Of a DNA stretch of 64,000 nt, positions 33,216-47,224 are shown in pieces. The position numbers were made by a program, and so were the translations under genes. The notes under the pieces were generated by a model, which did no database searches, was not told the DNA's origin, and saw only the letters and a program-made list of their open reading frames with translations. Origin of the DNA: Camelus dromedarius (lineage: Eukaryota); NCBI RefSeq assembly GCF_036321535.1, contig NC_087437.1, positions 22,136,001 to 22,200,000 on the forward strand, in the 5' to 3' direction. The stretch's first letter is position 1. Each line of letters opens with the position of its first letter.

Positions 33216-36200
33216 TTAGAACAGGAATAGTGAAATCTGTCTGATAACAGGTTCATGATGCTTGTATCTATTTGTAGACAGAGCCATCAACTTTACCTGG
33301 AAGGAACAAGTCTCTGGGCCTCCTTGACTGGTATGCTGTGGTCTCAGGTCCACCACCAAATTGTAAATTCACACGCCCCCGTAGCTATCTGCCTTGGAAT
33401 TTCATGATTATGATCACTCTCTTTGTAGAAACTAGGAAAGATGAATTTGAGTGGCAGCGAAGGGTCGTCAGCCTTCTTCCCTAGCTGAACGTTACATAAA
33501 TTAAGCACTTGCAGTGTGCAGACCAGCAAGTTGTCACCCGCATGTGTAAGGAACTGTAAGTCAGTTCCTAATGTGGGGGTAAGGATAAGATTTGCTTTAC
33601 TCTGACATCCGGGTCTGGCTGCTGCTTCTCAGGGGCCGAGGCGGGTCTGTGCCACCCGGCCACCCCCCGGGCCAGCGGGGCGGAGCCCTGCCATCTGACA
33701 ACTCTCCTCACCCCAATTACTATCACGAAAGGGCAATGTTTATGCAAAACCACATGCCGAGTGGCCTTTCGCTCCTAATTTAAACTATTAAAATGCCATT
33801 AAGACTGGCACGGCACATTTCAGCGCTGTTTTCCTTCATTATTTCTTGTTGAAGAACAGCCATGTGGAAAGGAATGCATTTTTGTTTCTGTGCAAAGTGG
33901 AGCTTTTTTATTTATTTATTTTCTTTTCCTCAGGATGGTTTATGGTGCACAATGGTGGAATTTATATCCCCCAATCCAACCCCTCTAACTCCAGAGATGG
34001 AGTTAGTAGATACGATTTCTGTCAGTGAAAATAAAAGTGATCAATACAAACATACCAAGGCATTTATTTTAAACATTTGGCTGAATAAATCATCGTGGCC
34101 CCCACGCTGGAGACAACCTTCATTTCAACCGTGGAATGTTTTGGTATTTCTATTCCGCTGGCTTGTTTCTTCCTCCGTAAAGCATCTGCACTTACCCGAC
34201 CACGGCAAGTACCTCCTCAGAGGCTACATCTGCTGCTCAGATGCCAAGCTGGTTATCCAAAGACCAGCTCCTGTGTCATGGGACACTCTTCATGAATAGA
34301 CAGTCTACCCGCAGGGCTTGTTATTTTTGAGATTTTGGCCCAATTTACATTTTTTGGAGATTAAAACACACGCAGTTTGATCTCAGCTTTGACCTTTTAA
34401 GTTGCTACAAGTTAATCTTCGGCTAAAAGCATGGAGAGTGGGAGTAATTATATTTTGTGAAAGAAGCAGGTTATGTGCACAGAGGGTGACTGCAGTTATG
34501 GTAATGTGTCTCTTAGACGACGTTTCGATGCTAGAAATGGTATAAACAAAGAAAAACAGTATTTTCCTGCGTTTTTATTGAAGAAGTATGCTTAGAGGTT
34601 GGATGGCTGCTTTGCAAACAAGCTGCTCTTGGAGATTTTCTTCACTCTGTTTTCTTCGTGGGAGGGATGTGCCCCTCGGCAAACATGGCCACGGCTGCTG
34701 TGACCAGAGGCAGGGATGTTCCCAGGTCCCACACCTGGCGAGGTTCATTCAGGGAGCCCGTGTGTTTCAGTCTAAAGTCAGGGTCCCTTTAGGCAATGTC
34801 ATGCTGACCTTTGAAGGGAGAGCAATTTTTGTCTCCTTTGCCCCGTGAAGTCCCCACAGTGGGATGGAGGTGACTCCTCTGGGACCCTCCACTTCCAGCT
34901 GGAAGGGCAGAAATAATGGGGAGCTCACTCAGTGCCAGCACTGCGCTAAAGGCTTTGCAGCAGGAGCTCCTCCAGCCCTCACGCCCACCCCTGAGTTTCG
35001 TACCAGTTACTCCATTGTATTGGTGGTAAGAAACTGAGGTTTTCCACCAGGCAGGTGGCAGAGATGGGAGCTGGACCCAGGTCTGTCTGCCTCCAGAGCC
35101 CATGGCAGTCTCCAAGACATTGTGGCTGGTGGCCTGTCATCTAAGGGATCCAGAAGGTCCTTCAATCCCACCATCTGTTTGACTGAGGAAATGAGCAGAA
35201 ATCCTAGAAGTCTCTAAGCCCCAGTGTCCATGGGAAAACGTCCTACAGAGAGGGATTGAGGATAATTCTCCCTGGGGACAAGGACAGCCAATGACATCTC
35301 ATTTCATACAGTGACATCTCATGAGTTGTGACTGTGAAGTAAATCAATGGCTTTTTAACATACGTAGGTGTGGCTTCCCCCAAAGTCAAAACCTGAGCCA
35401 AGATGGGCTGATTCCAGTGATGCCCCCAATGCCTATAACATGTTCTCTTTTTCTCCAACTCCTTGGCCTCTATAACCTGTCCTGGACAATGAAGCTCTTC
35501 TTAGAAATTGAGGAAAAGCACGGGGTGTAGTGTTGGAAGATGAGGGGTCAAGACTGGGCTCCACGGATGACAAAATAAATGACCTCAGGCCCTTGACTCA
35601 AGCGCTGAGTCTTCATTTCCTCCCTCATAAACTGGAGATGATTACAACCTCATCATCGTCTCTAGTGACAGGCCAATCTTTATCCTTTGAAGGTGGGTTT
35701 GATTTTTGGAATAGAGCTAAAAATCCTTTATAGAAAGGAGCTGCGAGCAAAGTGAGCTTCCTCTCTGGGGGAAGTTGGGCGTATGCAATGAGACGGCCGA
35801 GTCACGGTGCTCCTGTCCTCGTGTGCCCTGTGACCTGGCTCTATGGAAATTTCAGAAGTGCCTTTCTCTTGGCACAATTGTTGAAAGAAGTACAGCACCT
35901 TCTTACTGGGGTGAAGGAGTTCTGCTTGTTCAACTCTCTTATGGGGCATGTGACGCCTATGGAGTTTGCTTTTCATTGAGACGGTGGTTTAACGTTTACT
36001 GTCCCTCAGGTTTTCCTTGTGAAGACCTCAGGTCTGGGAAGGCACTTAATCCTTTCACAAAATGGTGAAAACTGGTGAACGGGAATACCGATCCTCCACC
36101 TCCACCTCATGACACACCTTTGGACAATTCACTTTAACCCCTGAAGGCTGTCTTTCTCAACGCAGAAATGGAAAAGTGCTGACTTTGTACAGGATTGCTG

Positions 36201-36639
36201 AAAGGATTAAAAATAACGTATGAGCAGTGCCCGGCACGCTGCTGGCATGAAGTAGCACCTACTTCGATCAATTATATCTGCCATCACTGATGGCAGTACT
36301 CGATCAATTATATCTGCCATAACTGAAATTCCCTGAGCAGAAAAGGATAACTATTTTCACAGCTGGCTTTGAAAATGTAGGTTATTTCCAACAAATGGTG
36401 ACTCTCCCGAGCACTTAAGGACTGTAATGAAGTTTTTAATAAACATTTACCGGTGCCTATTTTGTGCCCAATTCATGAAGTGTTAAAGGAGGGCCAGGGT
36501 CACTTTAAGCAACGGGGAGGAGGGAGAAAAAGATTAAGAAGTAAGGATAACTGAAGAGCTGAATGAAGTCCCGAGATAAGGTGTCAGGAATAGCAGACGG
36601 GCAGTGATACAACGCACCGCACGGTGTCGTGGAAACTTC

Positions 36640-36870
36640 TACAAGGTGGAGGCAGAACGGAGCAGGGACTAACGTCACGGCTCCAGAGCCACTGTCTGGC
36701 TTTGAGTCCCAGATCTGTCGTTTACTGTGCAACTTTAACCTCCTGAGCCTCAGTTTTTGCATCTGAAAAATGGGATGACAGCACTTACCTCAGGGTTGCT
36801 GTAAAGTTTAAATGAATTAATCTATGTCAAGCATTGAGAATCATGCCAAGGAATACTCAATAAATGTTTG
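36640..36870. mobile_element. MIR SINE
   Basis: CTGAGCCTCAGTTTTTGCATCTGAAAAATGGGATGACAGCACTTACCTCAGGGTTGCTGT core. Confidence 0.8.
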
Positions 36871-37599
36871 CTTAAAAGTTGTTGGGCTGACATTCATTGG
36901 GTGTCTCCTCTGTGCCAGGCACAGGAGAAAGTGCTGGCAGTGCTGGCAGTGCTCATGGAGCTGTTAGACGTGTGAGCCACCCAGGTATGGTAGAAGCACC
37001 TGGTAAGGAAAATAAAGGAGAGCAAGGAAACAAGGAAACACCAAATGTGTTAGGGAAGGTGGCCGGCGAAGGCCTCTCTGAGAAAGTGATATTTGATAAG
37101 ACATATGATGGATGCAGGGTGACCTTAGAGTCTACATCAACAGCTGGAGGTAGAGAAAGATGAACTTTCAAGAGAGTTTCGCCTGTGATGTAGTCCTGCA
37201 GTAGGATCTCCCTGAGATATTATGTCGTCCCATAGCTACTCCTTTTAATGGCATTAGAAACTGGATAATTATGGAAACAGGTAATCGCAAAGGGTAGACT
37301 CTATGAAGCTGTGGAGGAAAACTAAATCAGATACATGTTCCATATTGTTAGAAGGGCAATTTGTTCCTTCTCCTCACCAGATAATTCCAACTCTGCTTGG
37401 ACCCATTTTATAGATGTAGAAAGCTGAGTTACTGATGAGACTAACTCGTATATGACACACGTATCAGCATTATACATTAATATAAAATGCCAGCATTCTT
37501 CTGACAGCTCTCTGAACTCAGCCGATTGCAACACTGGCACTGAACCACAGACCTGCTAATTGTCTGGGCTGGTGCTCGTGGTCGTGTCTAGTACAAGTA

Positions 37600-38133
37600 G
37601 CCCAATCATGGCAATGGCCCTACTGTTGCTTCTCCAATACGCACTTTCACTTTATTGATAGAATGGTGATTTTGTGAGGGGGTGGCAATGTGTTCCACTA
37701 AAAACGCACACCTCTCAGACTCCCTTGCTGCTGAGTGGCCATGGGACACCACTCTGGTCACTGAGCTGTAAGCAGAATGCTGCTAAGGGATTTTTGGATA
37801 AGCATTTGCTTTCTGGATTCAAGTGCTTCCCTTTTCTGGTTTTTTTCCTCTTCTTCCTGCCTGGAATGTACATGTGATGACTTAAGATGCAGCAGCTTTT
37901 TTGGAGCTGTGTGGCGACAAGCATGGAAAAGGAGACCTAAAATATAAGGCTTGTGGAAGAGGAAGAAGAGAAGAGACTGGAGTCCAGACGCCAGTGTTGC
38001 ATTTCTGAGCTATTGCTAGACTGCAGACTCCCAGACTGCTTATCGCCAAAGACCAATAAATCCTTATCTATTTAAGTCCCTGGTAGTCAGGTTTTCATTT
38101 ATTTGCATCTGCCACATATTTCTAACTGATACA
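37600..38133. mobile_element. MaLR LTR remnant (MLT1-type)
   Basis: CTCCCTTGCTGCTGAGTGGCCATG, CTTCCTGCCTGGAATG and terminal TTCTAACTGATACA. Confidence 0.6.
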
Positions 38134-41100
38134 AATAGCTTCCATAACAACAGGCTAGCAGACAGCAATAAATTTCCCCTTTTTGAAATGGGCTCTAGAT
38201 TTTATGTGAAAACAAAGGGTGTATGAGCAGATAATGAAAACGATACACAGTCTAGTTCTCTGTAGGAGAACTGGCCTTTCTAGCTACTGCTTTGTCTTAA
38301 ATTATGGCATCTAGCCTCCTGTGTCTTGTGTTCCTTAAAAAAAAAATTTAAATGGAAGCAATCCTTTGTGAGGACGCCGACAGGCCACTTGCATCTCCAG
38401 ATTTGGCAGGGTTCCCTCTGCTCCTATTTAGCCTAATTTCTTGTCCTGGCTCTTTTCCTCTTGGTCACATCCCCTGGCGTCTTCTTAGCTCTGTTTGCCA
38501 CACAAATATTGTCCTCCCTGCAGTAATGATTTCAGAGGCTGTCCTTGTCCCCTCATTTGACAGGGAGTGACCTGACCTAACTCCAGGAGAATGGCCAGAG
38601 AGAGGCCAGCCGTGGTCCTATTTGCTTTTCTTGGCCCCTTAAAAACAAAATTCAACAACCAAAGCATTCCTAGGTAATTGTATTAGCTTAACTAACCCCC
38701 TTATTTTAGCTGCTGATTTACTGGAGGAGAAGGAGGAACGTGGTTTTGGGCCAAGGTCTCCTGGAGTGCAGTTACAACTCGGGGACTGGTGCTCCCCTAC
38801 CTGCTCCCTGGCTTGGTAAAAGCCAGAGACTGCTGGAGACAGCATATGCCCGCTCCTTCAGCCGTCAGCAAACAGGGACTCTGATGTCTGCCAAGATGCG
38901 ACCCAGCCTTTAGACTCCTCTTTGCTTATGCCTACATCTGCCCAGAGATTTCCCAGAGAAAAGAAATTCACATATTCCCTTTCCCAGAGTGATGCGAGGC
39001 ACGTGGAGAGAGCCTGGGGTGAGATGCAGACGTGAATGTGGTCTTTATGAACCGCTCTTACACACGGGAAATAATCACCCTCTGAGTCCTTCCTTTTCCA
39101 ATAAACATATAATTGCCTTCTAACTCAAGACGTGCCAATACCCCATACCTGCAAAGGCCAAAGAAAAATCAAATGAGATGGGCCTCTCCAAAGACATTTT
39201 GCTCTCCTTTGTGCTCTGGCAACCACAGCCTGCCGAAGGGCCTGCCTGCCTCATCTAAAGTCCTGCTTGTGCAAAAGAGATCTTTTTTCCCAGTCTCCAA
39301 TTTCGTTTTCCTCTCCCCTTTGTCCTTGTGTTATTGATGGGATAAGGCTGGGAGTGAGTTGCTGAGGCACTTGTCAGCATATGCTTCATAAGTTTTATGA
39401 ACCACAATTGAATTTGCTTTTTTGTCTCCCTAGTCTAGGCTGAATAATTCTTTTCCAGAGTATAACCTATCTGCCTGCTGAAGCCAGCGAATACACCCGC
39501 CAGCCCTCCCGGCCAGCCAGCCTAGATGCTTCCCAATCATTTGTTTCACTTCCTGATGCGATGGGGCACCTGAAATGGGGCGTGTCGCTTCAGCTGGAGG
39601 CTGTGGGACGGGGCATCCGTCATCTCCTTGGCTCCTTAGCTCAGTAAATACTCGTCTCATGGATGCCGCTCCCGGTGCCTTCTTCAGAAGTGAGGCTGCC
39701 TTTTCTCTGTGGAGCCTCCCTCCCTCCTTCACGTGGTTTGTGAAGTTCTAAGCTAACATGAAGTGCTCAAAAATCAGAAGCAAATGAATTTGTTAGACCT
39801 ACAGGCAAATGGACAGGCATGTGGGACATTTTCAATAACCAGGTTACATCTGAGTTGAACCAGCCAAGTGTGGTTGACATTGATCATTGCTGGCTTTGTC
39901 AGTATCAAAGCACTCTTCTTATCTGAGACAGGTCTGTGCTTGTGGGGGTCTTGGAGTTGGGCAGGTCCCAGATGTCTGTGACAAAACCGAGGAGAGGGAC
40001 AGATGCTCTTTAATCCTTATTCCTTGTTTTCTTGGCAATTAAGATGCTTCCACCAGGATATGGAATTTTCAGGGAGTGATGCAAGGATGCAGGGTCCTTT
40101 GAAGAGAAGTTGAGGCAGGCAGAGGTGGGTGGCGTTGGCCTGGCTGGAGATGACCTGACAACATCCCATCTGGATGGAAATTTGTTGGTGTTCCTGGCTG
40201 CTCTGCTAGCCCTTTTCTATCTGTTTTCCAAGTCCATGCCTTCAGTTTTCCAGTGGATTCAGAGAGTGCCTCTGCCCTTTCAATACATCCCTCTCGGTAT
40301 GACTGTAACTGGCTCATGAAGGAAAAATTAAATCTCCACTCCTCCCTCCACCACCCAACCCACTAGAACAAAATCAGGAGACGCTGGCTTGGTGCTCCCT
40401 TTCAGTCATCCTCTCTACCCGAGGTGAACAATAGCTCATTTCTCATACGAGAAGAATGGTGCTCCTCACTCATCCCTGTCACGGTCTCAATTAAGGTCAG
40501 GCTTATTTTCTTTATCCATTTTAAGGAAAGATTTGGAGGAGGTCACCCATTACTCCTATTTTTACTACACAAGGAATACAAGAATGCATAGTCCTCATGA
40601 AAGGTTCAAACAATGCAAGAATATTCAGAGGGAAACACAGCAGCCTCCCAATGGCAGGCATGTCCCCATCCCTCTTGTCTCTTGCCCCAGGGGACAAGCC
40701 CTGTGACCGCTGCTTTGCATTCGTTCGGTCCACACACTGTAACACATATAAATGGGACAGGCTATGGGCTTTGCTTTGAGACTTGATTTTTCATTAAAAA
40801 TTTGTCTGGGAGATTTTTCCCCAAAGGCTCCATATATTCTTTTAATTATTGCATGATATTCCATACCATGTTTTATTTAACTTCTTCCATTTACAAAATA
40901 GAAAAAAAATTTTTTTCACTAGTTGAAAAAGTGCTCCTGTGAACAACCTTGTATATTTACCTTTGTGTTTATGTCATTTTCTTTTCTAGACTAGATTTTT
41001 TTTTTCCAGAACTGAGTTGTTTTTTCAAGAATGGAATTTCTAAGTCAAATATACATACATTTACAATTCTGATAGGCACCCTCTAACAGGTTTTGAAAAA

Positions 41101-42319
41101 GGCTTTACCAATTTACAGTCCTACTAAAACAGCCTAGAACCCAGTTCTCCAGCCTTTTCCATGATTTTATAAGTACTCAATTCTCTTTCCACTTAAAATT
41201 GCCAAAGTAGCTTTGATTTCCTGCAACAGGCTCCTACCTGATATATCATGCTATGATCACAGGACTCCTCTGCTTAAAACACTTCTGGGTACCAAATTCA
41301 GTCCAAACTAAAACATTCTGTGCTTCCCTTGAGCCCTACTTTTTTCCTCAAGAACCAGCCACAGCTTCCCTTTCCTCTGGCATCCTGAACAACTCAGGCT
41401 GCCTTTCGGTCTCTCCAGAACTTGACTCCATTCCCAAATCAGTCCGTGTGGATCTGTTGTTTCCTCGCATTCATCCTGTGCTCCCAATGAATGTGCCTCC
41501 CACTGGTCTGCTTTTATCTGCAGAAAGAATGGAAAAATAAGTGGAGATAGCTGGCGTCCACCCACTGGTAATCCTGTCTTCACGCCTTTGCCTCTTCCTT
41601 AGTTGGGCTTCCTCCCCACTGCACCTCCCCCAGCCCCGCCCCGCCTCGCCCCGTCCTTTCCTAGCTGGTGCTCACCACGCTCAGGGCAGCCCCACTGCTC
41701 TAGAAGACCGCCCCGGGGGATGCTGGCCCGCATTTCTCCCTTCTCTACTGTGCGGGTTGTGCTCTGGTGCACACTGTCCCACTGTCCAACAGAACTCAGC
41801 ATTCGATTGTATCAGAGTGTAAAGCTGTTCTTTGGTCGTTATTTCACACCTGTGCATATTTGGTCTCAATCTAGATTATAAGGCCCTGATGTAGAAGGGG
41901 GCACATTTTGTTCTCCTTTTGTATTCCAACATGTTTAAAACAAGAGAAGAGAAGAGAAAGGCTATTGATGGCATACCTGTGATGGATAAAGTGCTTTCTT
42001 AAGCATGGCCTCATTTAATAGGCACAACGACTCTGGAAAGATCTTACTACATTTCAGAGGTCAGAAACAACTTTCCCCGACCAGTTCCCCAAATTCAAAT
42101 TCAGATCTGCCTCAGCCCCGTGCCCCAGTGCTTCCCAAATACAGTGCCTGACCAGTGTCCCTTCAGGGCTCTGTACTCCTGGGTGGGAGAGACAGTGAGT
42201 TCCTGCCATGAATTACTAACTCACGCAAAATGAAAGTGTGCCTTGTTTGCTTAGAAAGATGACATCTTGGGACTCTCAAAGTATAGACTTTGTGTGCTTT
42301 TGTTTTCCTTCAGATATTT

Positions 42320-44130
42320 AAAAAACATTTAATTTTGAGATAATTTTAGACCCACAAGGAAGTTGCAAAAATAGTACAGAGAGTTCCATTTACCCTTTAT
42401 CAGGCTATTGTAAATGTTAAAATCTTACAGAAATGTAGCATAATTATGAAACCTAAGAAATGGACGTTGGCACAGTACAATGAGCTAAACTACAGATGAT
42501 TGTAGAATTTCTCGTTTGTCTGCTAATGTCTTTTTCTGTTGCAGAATCCAGCCCAGAAAGCTACACTGCACTGAGGAGTAATGTCTTCTTAGTCTCCTTT
42601 GGCAGACTGGCAACCCCTCAGTCTCTCCTTGCTCTTCATGGCTTTCGGAGTCTGGAAGAATACTGCTCGGGGACTTTGTAGAATGTCCCTCTGTTTGGGT
42701 TTGTCTGATGTTTTCTCCTGACTAGACCGGAGCGGGGGATCATTGGGGCCAGCACCACGGAGGTGATGCGCCCTTGTCAGTGGGTCGTATTGGAGGGTAC
42801 ATGATGTCATAATGACGTCACTGGTGATGTTGGCCTTGATCAAGTGGCGAAGGTGGTTTCTCCGCTGTGAAATGACCATGTTTACCTTCGAAATATTTAT
42901 CTGGGGGGAGATCGTTTGACAGTCTGGAAATATCCTGTTTCTCCTTAAATTTTCACTCGCTAATTTTAACAACTATTCAGTGGGTTGCGCCTCTCACAGG
43001 TACTGCTGTGCTGTTCTAACAGTGATTTCCCATTCCCCCAGTTTCTCCTGCATTTATTTATTGGAATTCTTTTGTAAGGAAGCGTTGTCCATTTTCTCCC
43101 ATCTGCTTATTATTTATTCAGTCAACCATTTATTTATCTTACTATGGACTCAGGGAATTTATTATTTTAATTTTTGGGCTATGATGCAATACTATTGCTA
43201 TTTACTTTGTTACACAAATTGTTCCATCTTTAGCCTTTGGGAGCTGTTTCAGGTTGGCTCCTATGCTTTTTAACATGTCCTTATCTTTTTTTTTTTAAAT
43301 ATACATCACTTTTTAACTTTACACCACTGTGAGATATTCCAAGTTCATCTTATATTTTCCCCACTTCAGACCTGGAAACAACTACTTCTCTAAGGGACAC
43401 AGGTTCCTTTTAGTAGAGTGTGGTGTTAGAAACCAAGATCAGGGCAGTAGGTGTGCTCATTGCTCCAGGGTTATTACTACTTCCAGGCCCTCTCAAGTTA
43501 GGACCCACATGTGTGTATAGTAATCTATGCATACACATACATCTATATTTCTTTGGCTGTACATGTGCCACAATTAATCATGAGGCTTGATAACAAAGCC
43601 AAAGACACTATAAGAAAAGAACAATGGGATAATGAGTATGTGTTTAATGGGTATAAAGTTTTAGTCTGGGATGATGGGAAAGTTCTGGAGATGGATAATG
43701 GTGATGGCTGCACAATAATGTGAATGCACTTAATGCCACTGAATTGTATGTTGTGTAAAAAAATAGCTGTAAATTCACATTGCTGCCTCCCACTCCCATC
43801 TAGCCAGACAGGGATTATTCTAGTCTCCCTCTTGCTTTATTTGTAACTTCTTTCTCTAGCAGCAGGATGGTTCTCATTATTAGCAATATATTTTCTCATT
43901 TGTTCAATGCTAGCATACATACAGAGTCGTTTCAGAATTGCTAACCCAATACTCCAGTGAGAAACAAATTTACCAACTAGAGTATAATGTTTATGTATAG
44001 TCTTTGTGCCTTTAGCCTTGCAGTACCCATTTAAGATGATATTTACCAAAGTTACTTGTCTCTGTTCCTTTCCTCCCACCCTTTTCAATGTGGTTGTGTC
44101 ATTCATTTGTAGTACCCTTGGACTCATTTG
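42320..44130 (-). mobile_element. Old L1 (L1MC-type) 3' region, with a plus-strand L1 3' fragment at ~43630-43750
   Basis: TTTAATTTTGAGATAATTTTAGACCCACAAGGAAGTTGCAAAAATAGTACAGAGAG. Nested GTTCTGGAGATGGATAATGGTGATGGCTGCACAATAATGTGAATG. Confidence 0.75.
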
Positions 44131-44548
44131 TCACGGGTGCCTGCTTGACGGTCAATGAGATAATGCATGTGGAGTGCCTAATGCACTACCTGGCATGGAG
44201 CAAGGTCTTAAGAAATATGAGCTGAACCAGTGGCAATGATTAGTGTTGTCCATCAACTTCATTGCTCCTGCCCCATGAAATGTCAAAAGAGCTTTGATCA
44301 GGTTTCGTGTGCATTCTTGTCAGTGACTCAGAACTAAGGTACCCAGCCCACAAGTCAAGTCAGAAGTGCTGCCCTCATTAGCATCATGCTTTAGACAGCC
44401 GAGCTGCTTCTCGCAGGACAATAAATCACAGGTTTAAATGATGAGTAACTGTGAGAGGTGTGAATCATTCAAGGGATGGAGTATCTGTGGGGTGTAAAAC
44501 TATGCAGAAACCCAACAAAATTAGCACTTGTTCCCTCATCTTATTGTC

Positions 44549-44697
44549 TCTCTCTCTCTTTTAAAGAAATCTTATTTATTTATTTATTGGGATGTTAATT
44601 TGGTTTATTTATTTATTATTTTAAGGGAGGTGGTGGGGATTGAATCCAGGACCTCGTGCATGCTAAGCACATGCTCTACCACTGAGCTCTACCCTCC
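44549..44697 (-). mobile_element. tRNA-derived SINE (Vic-1-like)
   Basis: GGGGATTGAATCCAGGACCTCGTGCATGCTAAGCACATGCTCTACCACTGAGCT with T-rich tail. Confidence 0.85.
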
Positions 44698-45394
44698 GCT
44701 ACCCCATCTTCTTGTCCTGAAACAGCCCCCAGTTCTCCACTCATTTGCTCTGTCACATCAGTTAGTCTGACAGCTTTTGTAGTGGACTCTGATGCTGAGA
44801 TTCACCAGTCAGGAGATGCCTTCCCTTGGCCAACCTGAGATTCGGTTTGGGGTTTTTTTTTGGTTGCTGGCAACAGAAAACAACCCTAGCTACCTTAAGT
44901 AGAAAAAGAATGTGCTGGAGGATATACGGTTGCTCATAGAGTGGAAGAAAAATCTGCTGGACCCTGCTGCAGAAAGACAGGGACTTAGAAGCTCTGGGAA
45001 TCTCCATGGGAGGAACCAACTGTCACGATGTCCAGGCCATGGTTGTAAGAATGAATCAACTTCAGAAATTTGCATCTCTCCATCAAGACTCAGTTTCTGG
45101 GAGTGTCCTATTGGCCTAGCCTGAGTCAGGTGCCCACTCAGGTTGTGGGACAGCAGAGCACCTTTAACAGAAACCCACCGATGGGGAGAGGGTGGTAAAC
45201 TGCCAACAGCAGAGGCCTTCTACCCTCTGTGATGTGCTCATCTTCTATCTATTGTGAGCTCGGAGTTAATTCATCAGTAAAACAACAGAGCAATAGACTG
45301 TCTTTCCCCACATTCCCTACGGGTATTCACTTCATTTTTTAAATTTTTAAAAATTTTCAGATTAATTTTTTTTAGTTGAAGTATGTATTCGCTT

Positions 45395-45490
45395 TGTTTT
45401 TTTTTAATTGAAGTACTGTCAGTTACAATGTGTCAATTTCTGGTGTACAGCACAGTGTCCCAGTCATGCATATGCATACATATTGTATTC
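45395..45490 (-). mobile_element. Short L1 3'-tail
   Basis: Poly-T then AATTGAAGTACTGTCAGTTACAATGTGTCAATTTCTGGTGTACAGCAC. Confidence 0.8.
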
Positions 45491-46808
45491 ACTTTAAATC
45501 CTAGATAGTTATCCCCTCCCTGCCAAGGTAGGTGTGAGTCAGATGGTGATACGTGGTTGGCTTTGCTGTCAACCAAAAGGTGCTCTGAGCCATCCTTCAG
45601 GGCACGGTCAGGGCAGGTCACTCAGATGTCCATCTGGCTTCTCTTGAGGTAGTCTTTTACCGTGGAGTTTGGGTGTTGGTTTGAAGCCCTGGGATCTCCC
45701 TGATTTCATATCTTATGAAATCTTCAAATAAAATGCAGATCAAAGTTAGGGTAGGTGTGAAAGTCAATTTAGTACAATGCCAAGTTGAAGAGCGTGGAAA
45801 CTTGGAGTTAGAAAGACTGGAGTTCAAGTCCTGATGTGGCCCCTTCCCAGTTGTGTGTCCTTTGATATAATTATCTTCTCTAGGGCTCAGTTGTCTCACG
45901 TGTAAAATGTGGGGAGGGTTTAGTAGTTAAAGACACAATGAGATCAGGCACTTGGGTTGATTCTGTGGCCCACACTCCGTAGCAACAGGACCATGGGAAG
46001 TACATTTAGTGCCTTTAAATTTATTTAGCGTCTTTAAATTCTTTCCTTATCTATAAACTAATGACAGTGCGTCACTCCAAGGCTTGATCCGAGAAACAAA
46101 TGAAATCGTTTACATCAGTTGCCATTGATATTATTATCATAGAATTTTTTAAAGGATTAAATTCCTGTATGTGAGGTGGTTGGCATAGGGGCTGCCCTAC
46201 TGCACTAAACTTTTAATAAATGGTGGCCACTGATACTACGTGGCTTCATGGCTGTTTGTGAATTACCTGTCCTTCCTTTCATTTGTGTGGGTAATGAGTT
46301 CCTGTGTTTGGACATACATTTTAAGCAAATTGCCTTGTATCTGGTGAGAAACTCCCCGTTGCTGTTATTGTCTTTAGAGGATAATAAAAGATTCCAAAGA
46401 CCTGAGGAGAGTTTTAGAAAAGAAATGTTTCATGAATTGATTTGACTCAACAATCTAACTTTCTCTTAAGCTACTGAAGTGGTGAGCCTTGTGTTTAATT
46501 GCAAAGTTCTATTTGTCTAGCTCTAAAGGTAGAGCAGAAGATACATCCTAGTAATTCGGATGAAGAGAGCAACAGACAGTCCTTTCTTAAAAAGCCTGAA
46601 TTCTTTGTGTCCAGTTTCCCAGAGATTTGCTGAATTCCCCATTTTGCTTGTGGAGGCAGAAATGTTTGTCTGTGTCCTGAGAGTAAGGGAGGTCCATAGA
46701 TCCCAGGAGAATGATTTTAAAGCTGAATTCTTCACTGGTTTCTGCATTGGTTTCTCTCTTCCACTTAGATTTCATATCTTCATCATGAGTGCTGCCATTT
46801 TGCTTTTT

Positions 46809-46954
46809 TTTTTTTAAATTGAAGTATAATCAGTTACATTGTGTCAATTCCTGGTGTACAGCATAAGGTCCCAGTCATGGGTATATGTACATATATTTGT
46901 TTTCTTTAAAAGTTATTACAAGATATTGAATATAGTTCCCTGTGCTGTACAGAA
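46809..46954 (-). mobile_element. Short L1 3'-tail with 15-bp TSD
   Basis: Poly-T then TTGAAGTATAATCAGTTACA. TSD GCCATTTTGCTTTTT at 46794-46808 and 46955-46969. Confidence 0.88.
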
Positions 46955-47224
46955 GCCATTTTGCTTTTTAATTCCTTCTGAATTCTTGGACATTGTCCTT
47001 CTGTCCTTGATTGATCACCTCTATGTTTCTCTAGAGGCTGCCTTATCTCTTCCCTGGAGATTTCAGCCTCTGGCCCAGTCATCCCATGATTTCCTGCTGA
47101 CAGTGTCTTTGGGATGGAAATCACTCCAACAACTCTTCCAAGGGGTAGGCAGTTTTGAAGGACTGATTTAACTTCTCAGTAACCGCATCATCCTGTGGGT
47201 GGGCTGTGGCTTCTCTGACCCCTA

